Source: Carcharhinus amblyrhynchos
Taxonomy: Eukaryota
DNA length: 64,000 nt
Assembly (NCBI GenBank): GCA_965287045.1
Contig: OZ336874.1
Span: forward strand, 53,382,001-53,446,000
Direction of reading: 5' to 3'
Below the pieces are notes generated by a model that was not told the origin of the DNA, made no database searches, and was given only the letters and a program-made list of their open reading frames with translations. The position numbers and the translations under genes are program-made. Shown here piece after piece: positions 61,660 to 64,000 of the stretch. Numbering within the stretch: position 1 is the first letter of the stretch; every line of letters starts with the position of its first letter.

Positions 61660-62884
61660 GTCAGAAAGTCATGTATTAATTATAAATTCTATGCCACTTA
61701 ATTAATGACCTCCCAACATATGTCATTGCTTCCTATCCTAGCCAGTATTGTAAGTGGTTCCTTCTCCTCAGTGACTGACCCTTTCAAAATCTGCATTGTC
61801 ACTCCCCTTCTCCGTCATTCCCCGACTTCACAAACAACCACCGGCATCTCCAACATCTTTTTCCTCACTGGAAGATGTTGTTGTCTTCTGAATCTATGGC
61901 CATATTTTCAACAGCTCCATTTTTGAATTTCTCTAATTTGCATTAACACCAAAATGGCCCAATCCAAAACCACAAATGGGAGAAATTAGAAATGAATCTC
62001 AGAGAGAATGGTGGTGGGGGAGGTGAAACTTAATTGTTTTAATTTTATTATGTTGAAGATAATGAGGAAAACAAATTGGGAGGAGTACAGTGAGCCTGCC
62101 ATGCTTTCACTCAAAACAAATGTCACTCCCACCATTATCTACTCAGTGTGTGATCATTCCAATGAATTGACAGTGTTATATGACTGCACTGAAATAAAAA
62201 TCATGAAGAAGGAACAGTGAATAGTTAAACAATTTTTCAGACAATGTGCAATGGTGCTTTGAGGATCATGAGTCGCAAACTCTGCTTGAAAAACTAAGAA
62301 GATCTGCACGTATAAAGACAACTTCAAGCCCACATTTCCGCAGACAAAGAAAGGAACCATTGTGATGAGGAAAGACTCCAGCCAAATAACTGCTATCCCT
62401 CCAAGTGAAGTAAAATGATGAGAACTCACACAGTGGACTAATGACATCCACAAGTGATCCAAGGAGCAGATGACTGCTATTAAGAGGTTGTGAAGATCAC
62501 TAGAGGGAGGTCCTGACATTCTGGGAAATTCACCCCACCAGAGGAACGTTTCCTTGCTGACCCTGAGGTTTTTGCGGGGGTAGAAGGAAATAACCTGGTG
62601 CTCAAGGAGCAAGAAGGAAGATCAGCACCTTGCAATTCATTCTTGTAATCACTTCTCTCAAGAGTACAAATGAGGATCACATTTTTCAGCTTCTTGAAGT
62701 GAAATGTGTTTCTTTTCGTTGTAAAAAATGAACTAAAAAGAGGGACCGGAAAATAAGATTTGACGCTGAAAGAATATTGGCTGGGAAATTTCTCAAACTG
62801 ATCTGCTGGCATTACATTGGTGCACATAAGTGACACTTTGGCACAGTTCCTGCGATGTAGCACCTGTGGACCAGGAGGATATAA

Positions 62885-63520
62885 GACATAGGAACAGAAG
62901 GAGGCCATTCGACCCATTGGGACTGCTCAGTATTCATTAAGATTACAGCTGATTCAATATAATCCTCAATTCCAGTTTCCCACTTTATGCCCATAATCCT
63001 TAATTCCCTTATTGATTAAAATTCTGTCTAACTCGGCCCTGAACATATTTAATCCAACCTCCTCAGCTCTTTGTGGGAAAGAATTCCACAGATTCACTAC
63101 CCACTGAGTGATGAAATTCCTCCTCATCTCTGTTTTGAATGGGTGACCCCTTATTCTGAGATTATCTGATCTAGTCCTGGACTCTCCCACAAGAGGAAAC
63201 ATCCTTTCAGCACTGACCTTGTCAAATCCCGCTGAGAATCCTAGTGTCTCAATAAGGTAACCTCTCATTCTCCTAAACTCCAATGAGTACACGCCCAACC
63301 GACTCAACCTCTCCTCATAAGGAAATCCCTCCATACTCAGGATCAGCCTAGTGAACCTTCTCTGGTCTGCCTCCAATGACAATATATATTTCCTCAGATA
63401 AGGAGAACAAAACTATTCACAGTTTTCCAGGTGTGGTTTAACATTGTCTTACATTGTTTTACATAGTTTTAGCAAGACTTCCCTATTTTTTATGTTCCAT
63501 TGCCTTTGAAATAAAGGCCA
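62885..63520 (-). mobile_element. CR1 3' fragment
   Basis: ORF 62966-63382 'YEERLSRLGVYSLEFRRMRG...RRNFITQWVVNLWNS' and 3' UTR. Confidence 0.93.
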
Positions 63521-63522
63521 CC

Positions 63523-63602
63523 TAGTCACCAAAGGCTAGAGTCAAACCCAGGACCCTGGAACAGTACAACAGCAGTGCTAACCGCTGTGCCACCGTGCCG
63601 CC
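63523..63602 (-). mobile_element. HE1-type SINE head fragment
   Basis: 'cagcagtgctaaccgctgtgccaccgtgccgcc'. Confidence 0.8.
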
Positions 63603-64000
63603 CTCATCTACAATAGTCAACATTCTCGGAATCCCAGACACCTGGGAAACATTCAAAGGTCCCAAACTGTCCAGAATTGGCCTGGAGTCTCCAGGATTTG
63701 AAGATCAATCTGTGTGTGCAATCCTGGAGAAAAATTATTGGGACGTTAAAAAAAGATCTTTTTGTCATTTTCTTTGAACATTTCTGTTTAATTGATGTAA
63801 AAATACTGAAAATGTGAAAAGGGTTGTTTGGCTGATAGTCAAGCATCATCCTCTTGGGCAGTGAGTCTTTTTGTTTTACAATCGATGTAAGAAGGCAGTA
63901 TGTCACAAGGATGGATGTGATGACCGATTAATGGTCGGAGCATAGGGGCAGGTCATGTGCAGGAACCTCCAGGAAGACATTCAATCACAGTTGACATCCC

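Noticed and set aside
62154-62917. 145-152 aa ORFs as host genes
   Set aside because: No recognisable domain; partly overlaps a CR1 UTR; 'TKRNTFHFKK' weakly resembles a Gypsy integrase tail.
1-64000. CRISPR arrays, operons or prokaryotic defence systems
   Set aside because: The sequence is vertebrate-type repeat-rich DNA; no regularly spaced direct repeats or dense ORFs.

Overview
Repeat-dominated vertebrate genomic DNA, almost certainly from an elasmobranch (shark or ray). This is inferred from about 18 HE1/V-SINE-type copies and HER1-like CR1 LINEs. No host protein-coding gene could be recognised; every ORF I could assign to a family is transposon-derived. Main contents: a young 5'-truncated CR1 LINE (55926-58635; EN+RT ORF2 broken by one nonsense codon) inserted in a decayed two-gene PIF/Harbinger element; three further Harbinger remnants plus MITE derivatives; three decayed Gypsy LTR elements; a decayed Penelope element (RT + GIY-YIG); and many CR1/L2/Rex fragments and SINEs. 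The most interesting signal is three families of short fold-back elements whose arms carry Penelope-type minimal hammerhead ribozyme motifs, mostly damaged at CpG sites. Also notable: three long local hairpins inside TE remnants, one SINE head/core with two alternative LINE tails, candidate non-coding exon pairs on the minus strand, and two enhancer-like unique blocks. All alignments were done by eye, and boundaries of decayed elements are approximate.
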